DNA of 64,000 bases, taken from Vicinamibacteria bacterium. Its GTDB lineage: Bacteria > Acidobacteriota > Vicinamibacteria > Marinacidobacterales > Marinacidobacteraceae. Below the pieces are notes generated by a model. It made no database searches. It worked only from the letters and a program-made list of their open reading frames with translations, and was not told the DNA's origin. Location: the NCBI GenBank assembly GCA_964291235.2, contig OZ219816.1, forward strand, positions 1,024,001-1,088,000, in the 5' to 3' direction. Position numbers and translations under genes: made by a program. Of this stretch, positions 39,381-49,619 are shown piece by piece; the stretch's first letter is position 1, and every line of letters begins with the position of its first letter.

Positions 39381-40373
39381 CTACGCCGGGATGGGTTCGG
39401 CGGCGACCGCGGTCCGGTCCTGGTGTTCGAGGATCCAGTGGCAGGTCTGGGCGAGCCCCTCGTCGAGCGAGGTGGCAGGAGTCCAGCCGAGGCGACGGAT
39501 CCGCGTGGTGTCCATGCTGTAGCGGCGGTCGTGTCCGGGACGATCGGCCACGTGGGCGATGCGGCCCCTCGCGCCACGGGCATCTTCCGCGAGATCCAGA
39601 ATGCGGCCCGCCATGTCCAGGTTGGTTCTGCGGTCTCCGCTGCCGACGTTGTAGATCGTGCCCGGCACGCCGGCGCGGAGAAGCAGCTCCAGGGCCGCGC
39701 AGTGGTCCGCCACAAACAGCCAGTCGCGCACCTGGCGTCCGTCCCCGTACAGCGGAAGCGCTTCCCCGGCGAGCGCCTTCTGGAAGAAGGTGGGGGTCAT
39801 CTTCTCGTGGTGCTGGCGCGGGCCGTAGGTGTTGGCGCCGCGGCTGATGATCACTGGCAGGCCGTGGGTGGCGCGGTAGGCGAGCGCCAGCAGATCGGCG
39901 CCGGCCTTGCTGGCGGCATAGGGGTTCTGGGGCGCGAGGGGCGCCTCCTCGTCGGCATCGCCTTCGAGAATCTCTCCGTACACCTCATCCGTCGAGACCT
40001 GCAGGAGGAGCTTTCCGCGTCCTGACCGCCGGAACCCTTCCAGCAGCACCGCGGTTCCCAGGGTGTCGGTGCGGGCGAAGGCCTCGCCATCGAGAATGGC
40101 GCGGTCCACGTGGGTTTCGGCGGCGAAATTGATGATGAAATCCGCCTGGGCGGCAAGCGGCTCGCTCACCGCGTGGTCGCAGATATCCCCGTGGATGAAC
40201 TCGTGCCGGGGATCGGTGAGGGCGGCCGCGAGATTGTCGAGAGACCCGGCGTAGGTCAGCTTGTCCAGGGTGAGAACCCGGCACTCCGGATAGCGGGCCA
40301 GCAGCAGGTCCACGAAATGGCTGCCGATGAAGCCGGCGCCGCCGGGAACCAGGAAGGTGGGGCTTGGGAGCAT
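39381..40373 (-). CDS. rfbB: dTDP-glucose 4,6-dehydratase
   Basis: GGAGFIGS, DKLTYAG, NFAAETHVDR, VSTDEVYG, PYAASKA, RDWLFV, DRPGHDRRY. Confidence 0.93.
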   Translation of the reverse strand: MLPSPTFLVPGGAGFIGSHFVDLLLARYPECRVLTLDKLTYAGSLDNLAAALTDPRHEFIHGDICDHAVSEPLAAQADFIINFAAETHVDRAILDGEAFARTDTLGTAVLLEGFRRSGRGKLLLQVSTDEVYGEILEGDADEEAPLAPQNPYAASKAGADLLALAYRATHGLPVIISRGANTYGPRQHHEKMTPTFFQKALAGEALPLYGDGRQVRDWLFVADHCAALELLLRAGVPGTIYNVGSGDRRTNLDMAGRILDLAEDARGARGRIAHVADRPGHDRRYSMDTTRIRRLGWTPATSLDEGLAQTCHWILEHQDRTAVAAEPIPA

Positions 40374-40412
40374 CGGGCGTGGAATCGGCAATTGTGGCGG
40401 GTCGGGAGCTGA

Positions 40413-41423
40413 TCAGGCGATCCGGATGATGATTTTGCCGAAATGGGCTCCCTTTTCCATGCGGTCGAGCGCCGCGGGGAGTTCGGCAAGGGGACGGTGG
40501 CTGTCGAGGACGGGCCGCACGCTGCTTGTTTCGAGAAAGCCCACCAGGTCCCGGAGCGCCCGCCGGCAGTCGGTCATGATTCCCGCGATCCGGATCCGCC
40601 GCATCACGACCGGCGCGAACTGGACCGGGGCCTCGAGCCCGGTGAGGGCGCCGAGCATCGCCACCGTGCCCCCGGCGGCGGTGGCCCGGATGGACTGGTT
40701 CAGGGTGCCGGCACCGCCGTTTTCGACCACCAGGTCCGCACCTTCCCCGCCGGTGGCCTCCCGCACCGCCTTCTCCCAGGCCGGTGTCTCCAACCGGTGA
40801 ATCCCCACGTCGGCGCCCAGGGCGCGCGCCCGGTCCAGCTTGTCGTGGGAGGAGGAGGTGATGATCACCCGGGCTCCGAGTGCCTTGGCGAGCTGGAGGG
40901 CGAAGACGGAGACCCCGCCCGTGCCGAGCGTGAGCACGGTCTGACCCGCCTGCACTGGCCCTTCGGTGACGAGGGCGCTCCACGCGGTGACGGCGGCGAT
41001 CGGGAGCGCGGCGGCTTCCTCGTGGCTCCAGCCGGACGGGGCGTGGCAGAGCGCGGCTTCGGGCAGCACGACCTGCTCCTGAGCCATGCCCGGGCCCGGT
41101 CCGCCCAGCGTGGCCCGCGAGTACTCGCGCCGGAAGCGGCCATCCTCCCAGCCCACCACAGGGTGGGTGATCACCGGATCTCCCGGAGCGAAGGCCGTGA
41201 CCCCCCTCCCGACCTCGAGGACTTCGCCCGCCCCGTCGCTCACCGGAACCTGGGGCAGGGGGAGCCGGGGGTTGTAGAGCCCCTTCAGAATGAGGAGATC
41301 GCGGTAGTTCAGCGAGGCCGCCCGAAGTCCCAGCAGGACCTCGCCCGGCCCGGGCGCCTCCGGCGAGTACTCCTCGAAGCGCAGATTTTCGGCGCCAAAC
41401 CGATGGAACACCCAGCGCTTCAC
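40413..41423 (-). CDS. MDR-family NAD(P)-dependent oxidoreductase
   Basis: ASLNYRD, PVSDGAGEV, EAAALP, GTGGVS, HFGKIII. Confidence 0.9.
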   Translation of the reverse strand: MKRWVFHRFGAENLRFEEYSPEAPGPGEVLLGLRAASLNYRDLLILKGLYNPRLPLPQVPVSDGAGEVLEVGRGVTAFAPGDPVITHPVVGWEDGRFRREYSRATLGGPGPGMAQEQVVLPEAALCHAPSGWSHEEAAALPIAAVTAWSALVTEGPVQAGQTVLTLGTGGVSVFALQLAKALGARVIITSSSHDKLDRARALGADVGIHRLETPAWEKAVREATGGEGADLVVENGGAGTLNQSIRATAAGGTVAMLGALTGLEAPVQFAPVVMRRIRIAGIMTDCRRALRDLVGFLETSSVRPVLDSHRPLAELPAALDRMEKGAHFGKIIIRIA

Positions 41424-41509
41424 GGGCGGCAGTGTACCGAGCCAGGCTGCCAAAACGGCCCCTCTCTTGCGGCCGCTGCGGCGCCTGCGGACTGCTAATG
41501 TTCGTTCGC

Positions 41510-41965
41510 ATGTCCGAGGGCACCCTCTTCGACCGGATCATCCGAGGCGAACTGCCGAGTCATCGCGTGTATGAAGACGACGCGGTATGCGCGTTCCTCG
41601 ACATCGGCCCGCAGAGTGGCGGACACCTGCTGGTGGTTCCCCGGGAGAGCAAGGAATCCCTCGGCGACCTCTCGGACGATTCCGCGGCGGCCATCGGGAG
41701 AGTGCTGCCCCGGATTTGCCGGGCCGTCGCGAAAGCGACCGGCACCCCGCACTGCAATGTCCTCCTGAACAACGGTCGGCCCGCCGGACAGGCGGTTCCG
41801 CACGTACACTTCCACGTCATCCCCGCCTACGGTCGCCGGAGCGGGCCGGGGCAGGGGCTTCACACGGTCTGGCGGCCGGGATCACTCGGCGCCGCCGAAG
41901 GAGAGCGGATCTCGGCCGGGATTCGCGAGGCCCTCGCCACGGATTCGGCGGACCTCGCTCCCTGA
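41510..41965 (+). CDS. HIT family nucleotide hydrolase
   Basis: TLFDRIIRGELP, AFLDIGP, GHLLVVP, GQAVPHVHFHVIP. Confidence 0.92.
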   Translation: MSEGTLFDRIIRGELPSHRVYEDDAVCAFLDIGPQSGGHLLVVPRESKESLGDLSDDSAAAIGRVLPRICRAVAKATGTPHCNVLLNNGRPAGQAVPHVHFHVIPAYGRRSGPGQGLHTVWRPGSLGAAEGERISAGIREALATDSADLAP

Positions 41966-42020
41966 ATCCACCCTAACCGCCACTGGGCTCCACGGCCGGG
42001 TGGCTCCCGCAGCGAACACG

Positions 42021-43775
42021 ATGACGAAACCCTGGCGACGAACCGGCGCGCAACTCATCTGGGAAACCCTCATCGCGGAGGGGGTGGAGACGGTCTTCGG
42101 ATATCCCGGAGGGGCGATTCTCCCGGCGTACGACGCCATGCTGGACTACCCCATCCGGCACATCCTGGTGCGTCACGAGCAGGGCGCCACCCACATGGCG
42201 GACGGCTACTCCCGGGCGACCGGAAACGTCGGAGTCGCCGTCGCCACGTCCGGCCCGGGCGCCACCAACATGGTGACCGGCATCGCCACCGCGATGCTCG
42301 ACTCGTCGCCCATCCTCTGCATCACCGGGCAGGTAGGCAGCGCGCTCATCGGCACGGACGCCTTCCAGGAAACCGACGTTACCGGCGTCACCCTCCCCAT
42401 TACCAAGCACAACTACCTGGTGACGGAGGTGGACGACATCGCGCCGGCCATCCACGAAGCGCTCTACGTGGCTCGTTCGGGCCGGCCGGGGCCCGTGCTC
42501 GTGGACATCACCAAGGATGCCCAGCAAGCGTTGACGGATCAGCGCCCTCGGCTCGGGAAGGTGGACCTTCCCGGGTATCGGCCCGAGCCCAAGCCGCCGG
42601 AATCGGAACTGCGGCGCGCGGCCGAACTCATCAACCGGGCGGAGCGTCCGGTGATCCTGGCCGGACACGGGATCCTGATTTCCGGCGCGATGGGACAGGT
42701 ACGGGAGCTGGCCGAAGGCGGCCGCATCCCGATCGCCATGACCCTGCTCGGAATCGGCGCCATTCCGGCGAACCATCCGCTCAACATGGGGATGATGGGA
42801 ATGCACGGCGAGTCGTGGGTGAACCAGGCCATCCAGGAAGCGGACCTGCTGTTGGCGCTGGGGATGCGTTTCGACGACCGGGTGACCGGCAAGCTACAGA
42901 CCTACGCTCCCCAGGCGGCCAAGATCCATATCGACATTGACCCCGCGGAGTTCAACAAGAACGTGCGGGTGGACGTGGCGCTCGCGGGGGATCTGGCGGC
43001 GGTGTTGACCCATCTGCTTCCGGAGATCGAGCCCCGGGACCGCGCCGAATGGCTCGGAGCCATCTCGGGTTTCAAGGGCGACACCTCGGTGCGCGACATC
43101 CAGAACCTGCCCGACATGGGCAAGCTCTACGCCGCGCACGTGATCCACGACATCTGGCGCATGACGGACGGGAAGGCGATCGTGACCACCGACGTCGGCC
43201 AGCACCAGATGTGGGAGGCCCAGTACTACCGCCACAACGACCCGCGCTCCCTGATCACCTCCGGCGGCCTGGGCACGATGGGTTTCGCGCTTCCCGCCGC
43301 GGTGGGCGCCAAGGTGGCGCGTCCGGATGACGAGGTGTGGGTGATCGCGGGCGACGGCGGGTTCCAGATGACCATGTGCGAGCTGGCGACCATCGCGCAG
43401 GAGCGCCTCAAGCTGAACATCGCCATCATCAACAATGGCTATCTGGGGATGGTCCGCCAGTGGCAGGAGTTCTTCTACGACCGCCGCTATGCCGGCACGC
43501 CGATCCTGAGCCCGGACTTTGCGGCCCTCGCCCGCTCCTTCGGCCTCGGCGGCGAGACCGTGAAGAACCGGCAGGACGTCGAGGGTGCGGTGGAACGCGC
43601 CCGGGCCGACGGACGCACGGTGGTGCTGGACTTCCAGGTCGAAAAAGAGGACACGGTGTACCCCATGGTCCCCACCGGAGCCCGGCTCCAGGACATGATC
43701 CGGAGGCCCGAACGGTCTTCCGACGAAGAGTCGGAGGCGGAACCGGTAACGGCGGGCAAGGGGATGGAGTGGTGA
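42021..43775 (+). CDS. ilvB: Acetolactate synthase large subunit
   Basis: FGYPGGAILP, RHEQGA, TSGPGATN, DAFQETD, DVGQHQMW, GDGGFQM, GMVRQWQ. Confidence 0.97.
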   Translation: MTKPWRRTGAQLIWETLIAEGVETVFGYPGGAILPAYDAMLDYPIRHILVRHEQGATHMADGYSRATGNVGVAVATSGPGATNMVTGIATAMLDSSPILCITGQVGSALIGTDAFQETDVTGVTLPITKHNYLVTEVDDIAPAIHEALYVARSGRPGPVLVDITKDAQQALTDQRPRLGKVDLPGYRPEPKPPESELRRAAELINRAERPVILAGHGILISGAMGQVRELAEGGRIPIAMTLLGIGAIPANHPLNMGMMGMHGESWVNQAIQEADLLLALGMRFDDRVTGKLQTYAPQAAKIHIDIDPAEFNKNVRVDVALAGDLAAVLTHLLPEIEPRDRAEWLGAISGFKGDTSVRDIQNLPDMGKLYAAHVIHDIWRMTDGKAIVTTDVGQHQMWEAQYYRHNDPRSLITSGGLGTMGFALPAAVGAKVARPDDEVWVIAGDGGFQMTMCELATIAQERLKLNIAIINNGYLGMVRQWQEFFYDRRYAGTPILSPDFAALARSFGLGGETVKNRQDVEGAVERARADGRTVVLDFQVEKEDTVYPMVPTGARLQDMIRRPERSSDEESEAEPVTAGKGMEW

Positions 43776-43779
43776 AGCG

Positions 43780-44382
43780 GTGACCTCCCCAGCGACCGGC
43801 CCGTCGGCCGAGAAGGTGCGGCCGCACATCTTCGCCGTATGGGTCGAAGACCTGCCGGGAGTCCTGAACCGCGTTACGTCGCTCTTCCGGCGGCGGGGAT
43901 TCAACATCGAGTCCCTCAGCGTCGGCCACGCGCGCGTTCCCGGAGTCTCGCGAATGACGATCGTGGTCCACACCGATCCGGGAGGCGCCCGCCGGCTTCT
44001 GGTTCAGCTTGTCCGACTCGTCAATGTGCTGCGCGCCGACGACATCAGCCATGAACCCGCGATTCACCACGAGCTGGCCATGTTCAAGATTGCGGCGACC
44101 GCCGAAGAACGCACCCAGGTGATCCAGCTCGCCGGGGCGACCGGAGCGCGCCTGGTGGACATCGCTCCGGGATCGGTGGTGATCGAAGCCACCGCCTCAC
44201 CGCAGAAGATCGACGGCCTCGCCGAGGTGCTCCGTCCCTACGGCATCCTCGAGCTGGTCCGGACCGGGCTGGTCGGGATGGCGCGGGGAGCCGCGAGCGT
44301 CATGACCGATCCCGTTCCGCGGAATCCCCCGAAGCGTCGCAAGGCGGCGGAGGATGATGGCGAGGGCTCGCACTCGGTTTAG
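43780..44382 (+). CDS. ilvN: Acetolactate synthase small subunit
   Basis: EDLPGVLNRVTSLFRRRGFNIESLSVG, SRMTIV, GILELVRTG. Confidence 0.95.
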   Translation: MTSPATGPSAEKVRPHIFAVWVEDLPGVLNRVTSLFRRRGFNIESLSVGHARVPGVSRMTIVVHTDPGGARRLLVQLVRLVNVLRADDISHEPAIHHELAMFKIAATAEERTQVIQLAGATGARLVDIAPGSVVIEATASPQKIDGLAEVLRPYGILELVRTGLVGMARGAASVMTDPVPRNPPKRRKAAEDDGEGSHSV

Positions 44383-44502
44383 CATCTTTGACACAAGCGG
44401 ACGGCTGACACCAATTCCCCGCTCGCGTCCGCGGTTGCCGGGGCATTGCGAGCGGTGTTTCCGGCGAAACAGCGCATTCACCATTTCCGGAGGAACTCTT
44501 CC

Positions 44503-45516
44503 ATGGCCAACATCTACTACGACGACTCGGCGGATCTCAAGCTGATCCAGGGCAAGAAGGTGGCCGTTTTCGGCTACGGCTCACAGGGCCACGCCCACGC
44601 GCTGAACCTCCGGGACAGCGGGGTCGAGGTGCGGATCGCGCTGCACGCCGGGAGCCGCTCGCGGGCCCGCGCCGAAACCGAGGGGCTCACCGTCCTCTCC
44701 GGCCCCGAGGCGGCGGCCTGGGCCGACGTCATCATGGTGCTCACGCCGGATACCACGCAGGCGGCGATCTACGAGGAGCAGATCGCGCCGCATCTGGCGG
44801 CGGGCAAGACCCTCATGTTCGCCCATGGCTTCAACATCCGCTTCGGCACCATCAAGCCGCCCGCGGAGGTGGATGTCTCGCTCATTGCTCCGAAGGCGCC
44901 CGGGCACCGGGTCCGCGAACTCTTCATCGAGGGGGGCGGGACTCCGGCTCTCGTTGCGGTGGAACAGGACGCATCGGGACAGGCTCTCGCGCTGGCGCTT
45001 TCCTACGGCCGGGGAGTCGGGCTGACCCGCGCCGGGGTGATCGAGACCACCTTCGCCGAGGAGACCGAGACCGACCTCTTCGGAGAACAGAGCGTTCTTT
45101 GCGGCGGCGTGAGCGAGCTGATCAAGGCCGGTTTCGAAACGCTGGTAGAAGCCGGGTATCAGCCGGAGATCGCATACTTCGAATGCCTCCACGAGCTCAA
45201 GCTGATCGTGGACCTGATGTACCGGGGCGGCCTCAACTACATGCGGTATTCGGTCAGCGACACCGCCGAGCATGGGGATTACCACGGAGGCCGCCAGATC
45301 GTCACCGGCGAGACCCGGGCGGCCATGCGGAAGATCCTCGCGGATGTCCGGAGCGGCGCCTACGCCCAGGGATGGATCGACGAGGACCGGGCCGGCCGTC
45401 CCAATTTCATGGCGCGCCGGCGGGAGGAACAATCCCATCAGATTGAAGAGGTTGGCGCCGAACTCCGGAAGATGATGCCCTTCCTGGACGCGGTCACGTT
45501 GAAAGAGTCGGTCTGA
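44503..45516 (+). CDS. ilvC: Ketol-acid reductoisomerase
   Basis: [40 protein letters not shown]; GAGGA SD. Confidence 0.98.
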   Translation: MANIYYDDSADLKLIQGKKVAVFGYGSQGHAHALNLRDSGVEVRIALHAGSRSRARAETEGLTVLSGPEAAAWADVIMVLTPDTTQAAIYEEQIAPHLAAGKTLMFAHGFNIRFGTIKPPAEVDVSLIAPKAPGHRVRELFIEGGGTPALVAVEQDASGQALALALSYGRGVGLTRAGVIETTFAEETETDLFGEQSVLCGGVSELIKAGFETLVEAGYQPEIAYFECLHELKLIVDLMYRGGLNYMRYSVSDTAEHGDYHGGRQIVTGETRAAMRKILADVRSGAYAQGWIDEDRAGRPNFMARRREEQSHQIEEVGAELRKMMPFLDAVTLKESV

Positions 45517-45576
45517 TCGGCAGACTCGCGGATCTCGCTTCCCCGTAAGATTTCCGGCCTGCCGCGGGGGGCGTTC

Positions 45577-48204
45577 ATGCTTCGAGTTACCGTTTTTGCT
45601 TTGCTGGCCCTGGGGCTGGGTCTGCCGTCCGGGTTGGCTCAGGCGCAGGTGCGGGCGCCGGCCGAGGTTCTCGGTTTCGAGCCCGGCGACGACTACCAAC
45701 TGGCGCTTTGGGGGGAGCTGACCCCCTTCTACGAGCAGCTCGCCGCAGCCAGCGATCGAGTGGAGATCCGCCAGATTGGGGAGACGGTCCTCGGGAAGCC
45801 GCTCCTGGTCCTGTTCATCTCCTCACCGGAGAACCTCGCCGAACTGGATCGCCACCGGGCGAACGCGCGGGCGCTCGCCCATGCGGAGATTCCGGAAGAC
45901 GAGGCGGTGCGTCTTTCCCGCGAGGGGAAAGCGGTCGTCTGGATCGATGCCGGATTGCACGCCACCGAGGTGGCGCCGGCGCAGATGATGCCGCTCCTCG
46001 CCCACCGGGTCGCCACCGAGGAATCCGAGGAGATGCAGAAGATCCGGGACGAGGTGATCCTGATCCTGATGCCGTGCATGAATCCGGACGGCCTGGACAT
46101 CGTGGCGTCGTGGTACCGCCGGAACCTCGAGACTCCCTTCGAAACCACCCGCCCGCCCGAGCTCTACCACCACTACGTCGGCCACGACAACAACCGCGAC
46201 TGGTTCATGAACAACATGCCGGAGACAGCGGCGGTCAGCCGGGTGCTGTACCACGAGTGGTTCCCGCAGATCGTTTACAACCACCATCAGACGGGTCCCG
46301 CGTGGGCGCGGATTTTTCTGCCGCCATTCGCGGACCCGGTGAATCCCAAGATTCACCCGGGAGTCACCACGTCGGTGAACCTCATCGGGTCGGCGATGGC
46401 AAACCGTTTCGCGATGAAGAAGATGCCGGGAGCGGTCTCGGACATGATCTACTCGATGTGGTGGAACGGGGGCATGCGTACAGCCCCGTACTTCCACAAC
46501 ATGATCGGGCTCCTTACCGAGACCTCGCATGCCTCGGCGAGCCCCCGGATGTACGACCCCGAGGACCGTCCCGAGTTCGTGGGGAATCCGCGCCGCGGAC
46601 AGGCGGCGCCGACGAACGGCACGGATGTCTTCTATCCGTATCCGTGGCCGGGCGGGGAGTCGCGGTTCTCCGATCCGATCCGCTACACGCTGACCGCCTC
46701 GATGGCTGTCCTCGACGTCGCGGCGGATCTCCGCGAGAAGTGGCTCTTCGACATCTGGCGGATGGGGCGGGACGCGATCGAGGGGAGTGATGCCAGCTGG
46801 ATCGTGCCGGCCGAGCAGTGGGATGCGGGCGAGGCGGCAGCACTCGTGAATGTGCTTCACGAGGGAGGCATCGTGATTGAGCGCGCGGACGAGGCGTTCG
46901 AAATCGACGGCGAAACCTACGGTGAAGGCACCTACGTCGTTCGCGGAGAGCAGGCATTTCGCGCCTATGCCGACGATCTGCTGGAGCCGCAGGAGTACCC
47001 CGATCGGCGGCGCACGCCGGACGGGCCGCCCGACCCTCCCTACGACCTCGCGGGCTGGACGCTGCCGATGCAGATGGGGGTGCGGGTAGATCGCGTCGCC
47101 GAGCTGCCCGAGTTCGCGTCCACGAGGGTTGACGGCCCGGTCCACTCCCCGGCCGGTGAGGTCTCCGGAGGGGGGTCGTTCGGCTACGCGATCTCGCATC
47201 GGCCGAACGCGGCGGTCATCGCCCAGAACCGGTTGCTCGCGGCGGGCGCGGAGGTCGCCTGGGCGGCGGAAGGATTCCGTGACGGGGGAACCGACTACCC
47301 CGCGGGGACGCTGGTGGTCCGGAAGTCGGATCCCGCCGACGCCGCGATGGAGGGAATCGCCTCGGAACTGGGCCTGGACGTCGCCGGGCTTGCCGGCGCC
47401 CCGAACGTGGAACTCTTGCCGCTCGAGCCGGTGCGCGTCGGACTCTACAAGTCCTACGTGGCGAGCATGGACGAGGGTTGGACCCGCTGGCTGCTCGAGA
47501 ACTACGAATACGACCTCACGAGCCTGTCCGACGACGACATCCGCACGGGGGACCTCTCGCGGTTCGACGTGATCGTCCTGCCGCACCAATCCGCGGACGC
47601 CATCCTGCAAGGACACGCTCCCGGCACCATGCCGGAGGAATTCACCGGCGGAATTGGTCTCGAGGGGTCTCTCGCGCTCAGCCGTTTCGTCGAGGAGGGC
47701 GGCACGCTCGTGACCCTCGACGGCGCGAGCGACTTCGCGATCGCCCAGTTCGGACTGCCGCTCCGCAACGTTACGGCCGGGCTTGCCGACCGCCGTTTCT
47801 TCATCCCGGGGTCGCTGATCCGGGCCCAGGTGGACACCTCGCACCCGCTGGCGTTCGGGATGCAGGACGAGGTGGCGACCCAGTTCGTCCGCAGCCGCGC
47901 GTTCGACACGGTGAGCATTCCACGGACGCGGGAGGGTGGCCAGGAAACCACCGAGGAGCCGGCCCCCGCCAACGTCGAGGCCATCGCCCGCTATGCCGAG
48001 GAGGAGATTCTGATGAGCGGTTGGGCGCTCGGGGAGGAGGATGCGATCGGCGGCAAGATCGCCATGGCCAGGGTGCCGATGGGGGCGGGCGAGGTCGTGC
48101 TCTTCGGCTTCCGTCCCCAATTCCGGGGCCAGCCCCGCGGAACCTACAAGCTGTTCCTGAACGCGCTGAACGGCGCCACGGTGGAGGATCTCGGGGCCCG
48201 GTAG
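45577..48204 (+). CDS. Exported M14 zinc carboxypeptidase-like protein (paralog of 35949-38543)
   Basis: LHATE, MNPDG, YVGHDNNRD, NHHQ, MDEGWTRW, GTYKLFLNAL. Confidence 0.9.
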   Translation: MLRVTVFALLALGLGLPSGLAQAQVRAPAEVLGFEPGDDYQLALWGELTPFYEQLAAASDRVEIRQIGETVLGKPLLVLFISSPENLAELDRHRANARALAHAEIPEDEAVRLSREGKAVVWIDAGLHATEVAPAQMMPLLAHRVATEESEEMQKIRDEVILILMPCMNPDGLDIVASWYRRNLETPFETTRPPELYHHYVGHDNNRDWFMNNMPETAAVSRVLYHEWFPQIVYNHHQTGPAWARIFLPPFADPVNPKIHPGVTTSVNLIGSAMANRFAMKKMPGAVSDMIYSMWWNGGMRTAPYFHNMIGLLTETSHASASPRMYDPEDRPEFVGNPRRGQAAPTNGTDVFYPYPWPGGESRFSDPIRYTLTASMAVLDVAADLREKWLFDIWRMGRDAIEGSDASWIVPAEQWDAGEAAALVNVLHEGGIVIERADEAFEIDGETYGEGTYVVRGEQAFRAYADDLLEPQEYPDRRRTPDGPPDPPYDLAGWTLPMQMGVRVDRVAELPEFASTRVDGPVHSPAGEVSGGGSFGYAISHRPNAAVIAQNRLLAAGAEVAWAAEGFRDGGTDYPAGTLVVRKSDPADAAMEGIASELGLDVAGLAGAPNVELLPLEPVRVGLYKSYVASMDEGWTRWLLENYEYDLTSLSDDDIRTGDLSRFDVIVLPHQSADAILQGHAPGTMPEEFTGGIGLEGSLALSRFVEEGGTLVTLDGASDFAIAQFGLPLRNVTAGLADRRFFIPGSLIRAQVDTSHPLAFGMQDEVATQFVRSRAFDTVSIPRTREGGQETTEEPAPANVEAIARYAEEEILMSGWALGEEDAIGGKIAMARVPMGAGEVVLFGFRPQFRGQPRGTYKLFLNALNGATVEDLGAR

Positions 48205-48225
48205 GCGAGGCCCGTCTCGTACGGC

Positions 48226-48231
48226 TAGAAT
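48226..48231 (+). promoter_or_regulatory. Putative -10 element TAGAAT upstream of rpmB
   Basis: GGCTAGAATCCGCGC; identical context upstream of the gene at 24403. Confidence 0.55.
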
Positions 48232-48242
48232 CCGCGCCTCTC

Positions 48243-48509
48243 ATGGCCAGAACCTGCAAGCTGACCGGAAAGCGCCCCCTCACCGGGAACGCGATCAGCC
48301 ACGCTCACAACAAGACGAAGCGGCGCCAGCTTCCCAACCTGCAGTGGAAATCCGTTTGGGTTCCCGAGTTGGAGCGGTCCGTCCGCCTGCGCCTCAGCGC
48401 CCGCGCCCTCCGCACCATCGACAAGAAGGGTCTGCTCAGCTTCCTCAAGGACGAGGGCCTGCGCCTCCGGGACGTCCTCCCGGCCCGCGCTCACGCCCGC
48501 AACCTGTAG
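48243..48509 (+). CDS. rpmB: 50S ribosomal protein L28
   Basis: MARTCKLTGKRPLTGNAISHAHNKTKRRQLPNLQ...LRTIDKKG. Confidence 0.97.
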   Translation: MARTCKLTGKRPLTGNAISHAHNKTKRRQLPNLQWKSVWVPELERSVRLRLSARALRTIDKKGLLSFLKDEGLRLRDVLPARAHARNL

Positions 48510-48632
48510 GGCAGGGGCCGGCCGCGGCCGCTCCCCCTGGTAACGGCCTTCGACCGGCATCGCGGCCGGCAGCGCCGCCAAACACGCGGCGCCAGTCCGC
48601 CGAGGCTGACAAGCCCCGGATCCGTGTCCGCG

Positions 48633-49043
48633 TCACGCGGGAAGAAAACCCTGCTCCCTGAAGTGCCCGTCGTACGTGAACGCGTGCCGGATCCGGCGGT
48701 CGCGCATCACCTCGAAGGAGAGCCAGTCCACGAGCGACACCTGGCGCCGGCCGGCGGCGAACATGGCCGCAGCGGCGCGGCGGTGCAGCTTCTCGTCGAT
48801 CCAGACGACCTCGGCGACCGGCAGCAACCCCTCGTGGAGTTCTCGGACCGCCTGCATGCCCAGTCGCCGGGCGATGAGCGCGGTCGCTTCCATGATGATC
48901 GCATGATGCGTGAGCAAGGGTTGCTGGCCGCTGCGAGTGCTGGCGAGCAGCCGATCCCAGGTCCGTTTTGCGTGGTCATGAAACCGCTGTTCAGCGTCGA
49001 GCAGGGTGTAGAGCGCCGAGGTGTCGACGAAAACGGGCGGCAT
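48633..49043 (-). CDS. VapC-like PIN-domain toxin
   Basis: VFVDTSALY, IIMEA, SLVDWLSFEVM, AFTYDGHF..GF. Confidence 0.9.
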   Translation of the reverse strand: MPPVFVDTSALYTLLDAEQRFHDHAKRTWDRLLASTRSGQQPLLTHHAIIMEATALIARRLGMQAVRELHEGLLPVAEVVWIDEKLHRRAAAAMFAAGRRQVSLVDWLSFEVMRDRRIRHAFTYDGHFREQGFLPA

Positions 49044-49507
49044 CACTCGGGTAAGCGCCACCTTGCCATCTCCTCCTCCAGGATCTCCACGTAAGCCTCG
49101 TCGTGGTTCTCGGCGAGGTCGCGGCGCCCGGAGCGGAACGCTCCGACGGGTCGTCGGGCCCGTTCGATCAGTTCGTCCAGCGCGCTGCCGCCGCGGAAGG
49201 CGTCGAGCGCCTGGTGGAGCAGGCTGTCCGGCAACAGGCCGAGTTCTCCCGCCAGCCGGTGCAGTCGCTCGGTCGCGTTCTCGGTGAGACTTCCGGGAGC
49301 GTCCGAGCCGTACGGCTGGGTTCCCTCCTCCACACTGGCAGCGCCCGGTTCCGCGGGCGTTTCCGGGTGGCGCGGAGCGACAACCGGAACCAGGCGGGCG
49401 ACGGGACGGCCCCACTTGGTGATGGTTACCGGAGTGCGGGTGGCGGCGACCTCGTCCAGGATCCGGAGGCAGGTGTCCTTGAATTTGCCGGCGGAAATGG
49501 AACGCAT
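49043..49507 (-). CDS. Antitoxin with N-terminal Phd/YefM domain and C-terminal RHH/CopG-like region
   Basis: ISAGKFKDTCLRILDEV..PVTITKWGRPVARLVP; then LTENATERLHRLA...LLHQALD and FRSGRRDLAENHDE; TGATG overlap with the toxin. Confidence 0.8.
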   Translation of the reverse strand: MRSISAGKFKDTCLRILDEVAATRTPVTITKWGRPVARLVPVVAPRHPETPAEPGAASVEEGTQPYGSDAPGSLTENATERLHRLAGELGLLPDSLLHQALDAFRGGSALDELIERARRPVGAFRSGRRDLAENHDEAYVEILEEEMARWRLPE

Positions 49508-49619
49508 CCAAGAAATATAGCCATAGCCAGATTCCGCTGCAAACCCCGACGACCTCCGGGGACCGTGGGTCCGGCGTCGCCGGTGGTTCCGTAGAATCGG
49601 CGCCCCGAGAGGAACATCC

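Noticed and set aside
38521-40025. ORFs over the tandem array (e.g. 38720-39847)
   Set aside because: The unit length is not a multiple of 3, so the same peptides rotate through frames; these are repeat artefacts.
41966-42020. ilv leader-peptide attenuator
   Set aside because: The gap is only about 55 nt with no Ile/Leu/Val-rich leader or U-tailed terminator.
47478-48509. 343-aa ORF appearing to be an L28 fusion
   Set aside because: The upstream part is an alternate frame of the M14 gene; rpmB starts at 48243 after its own -10 box.
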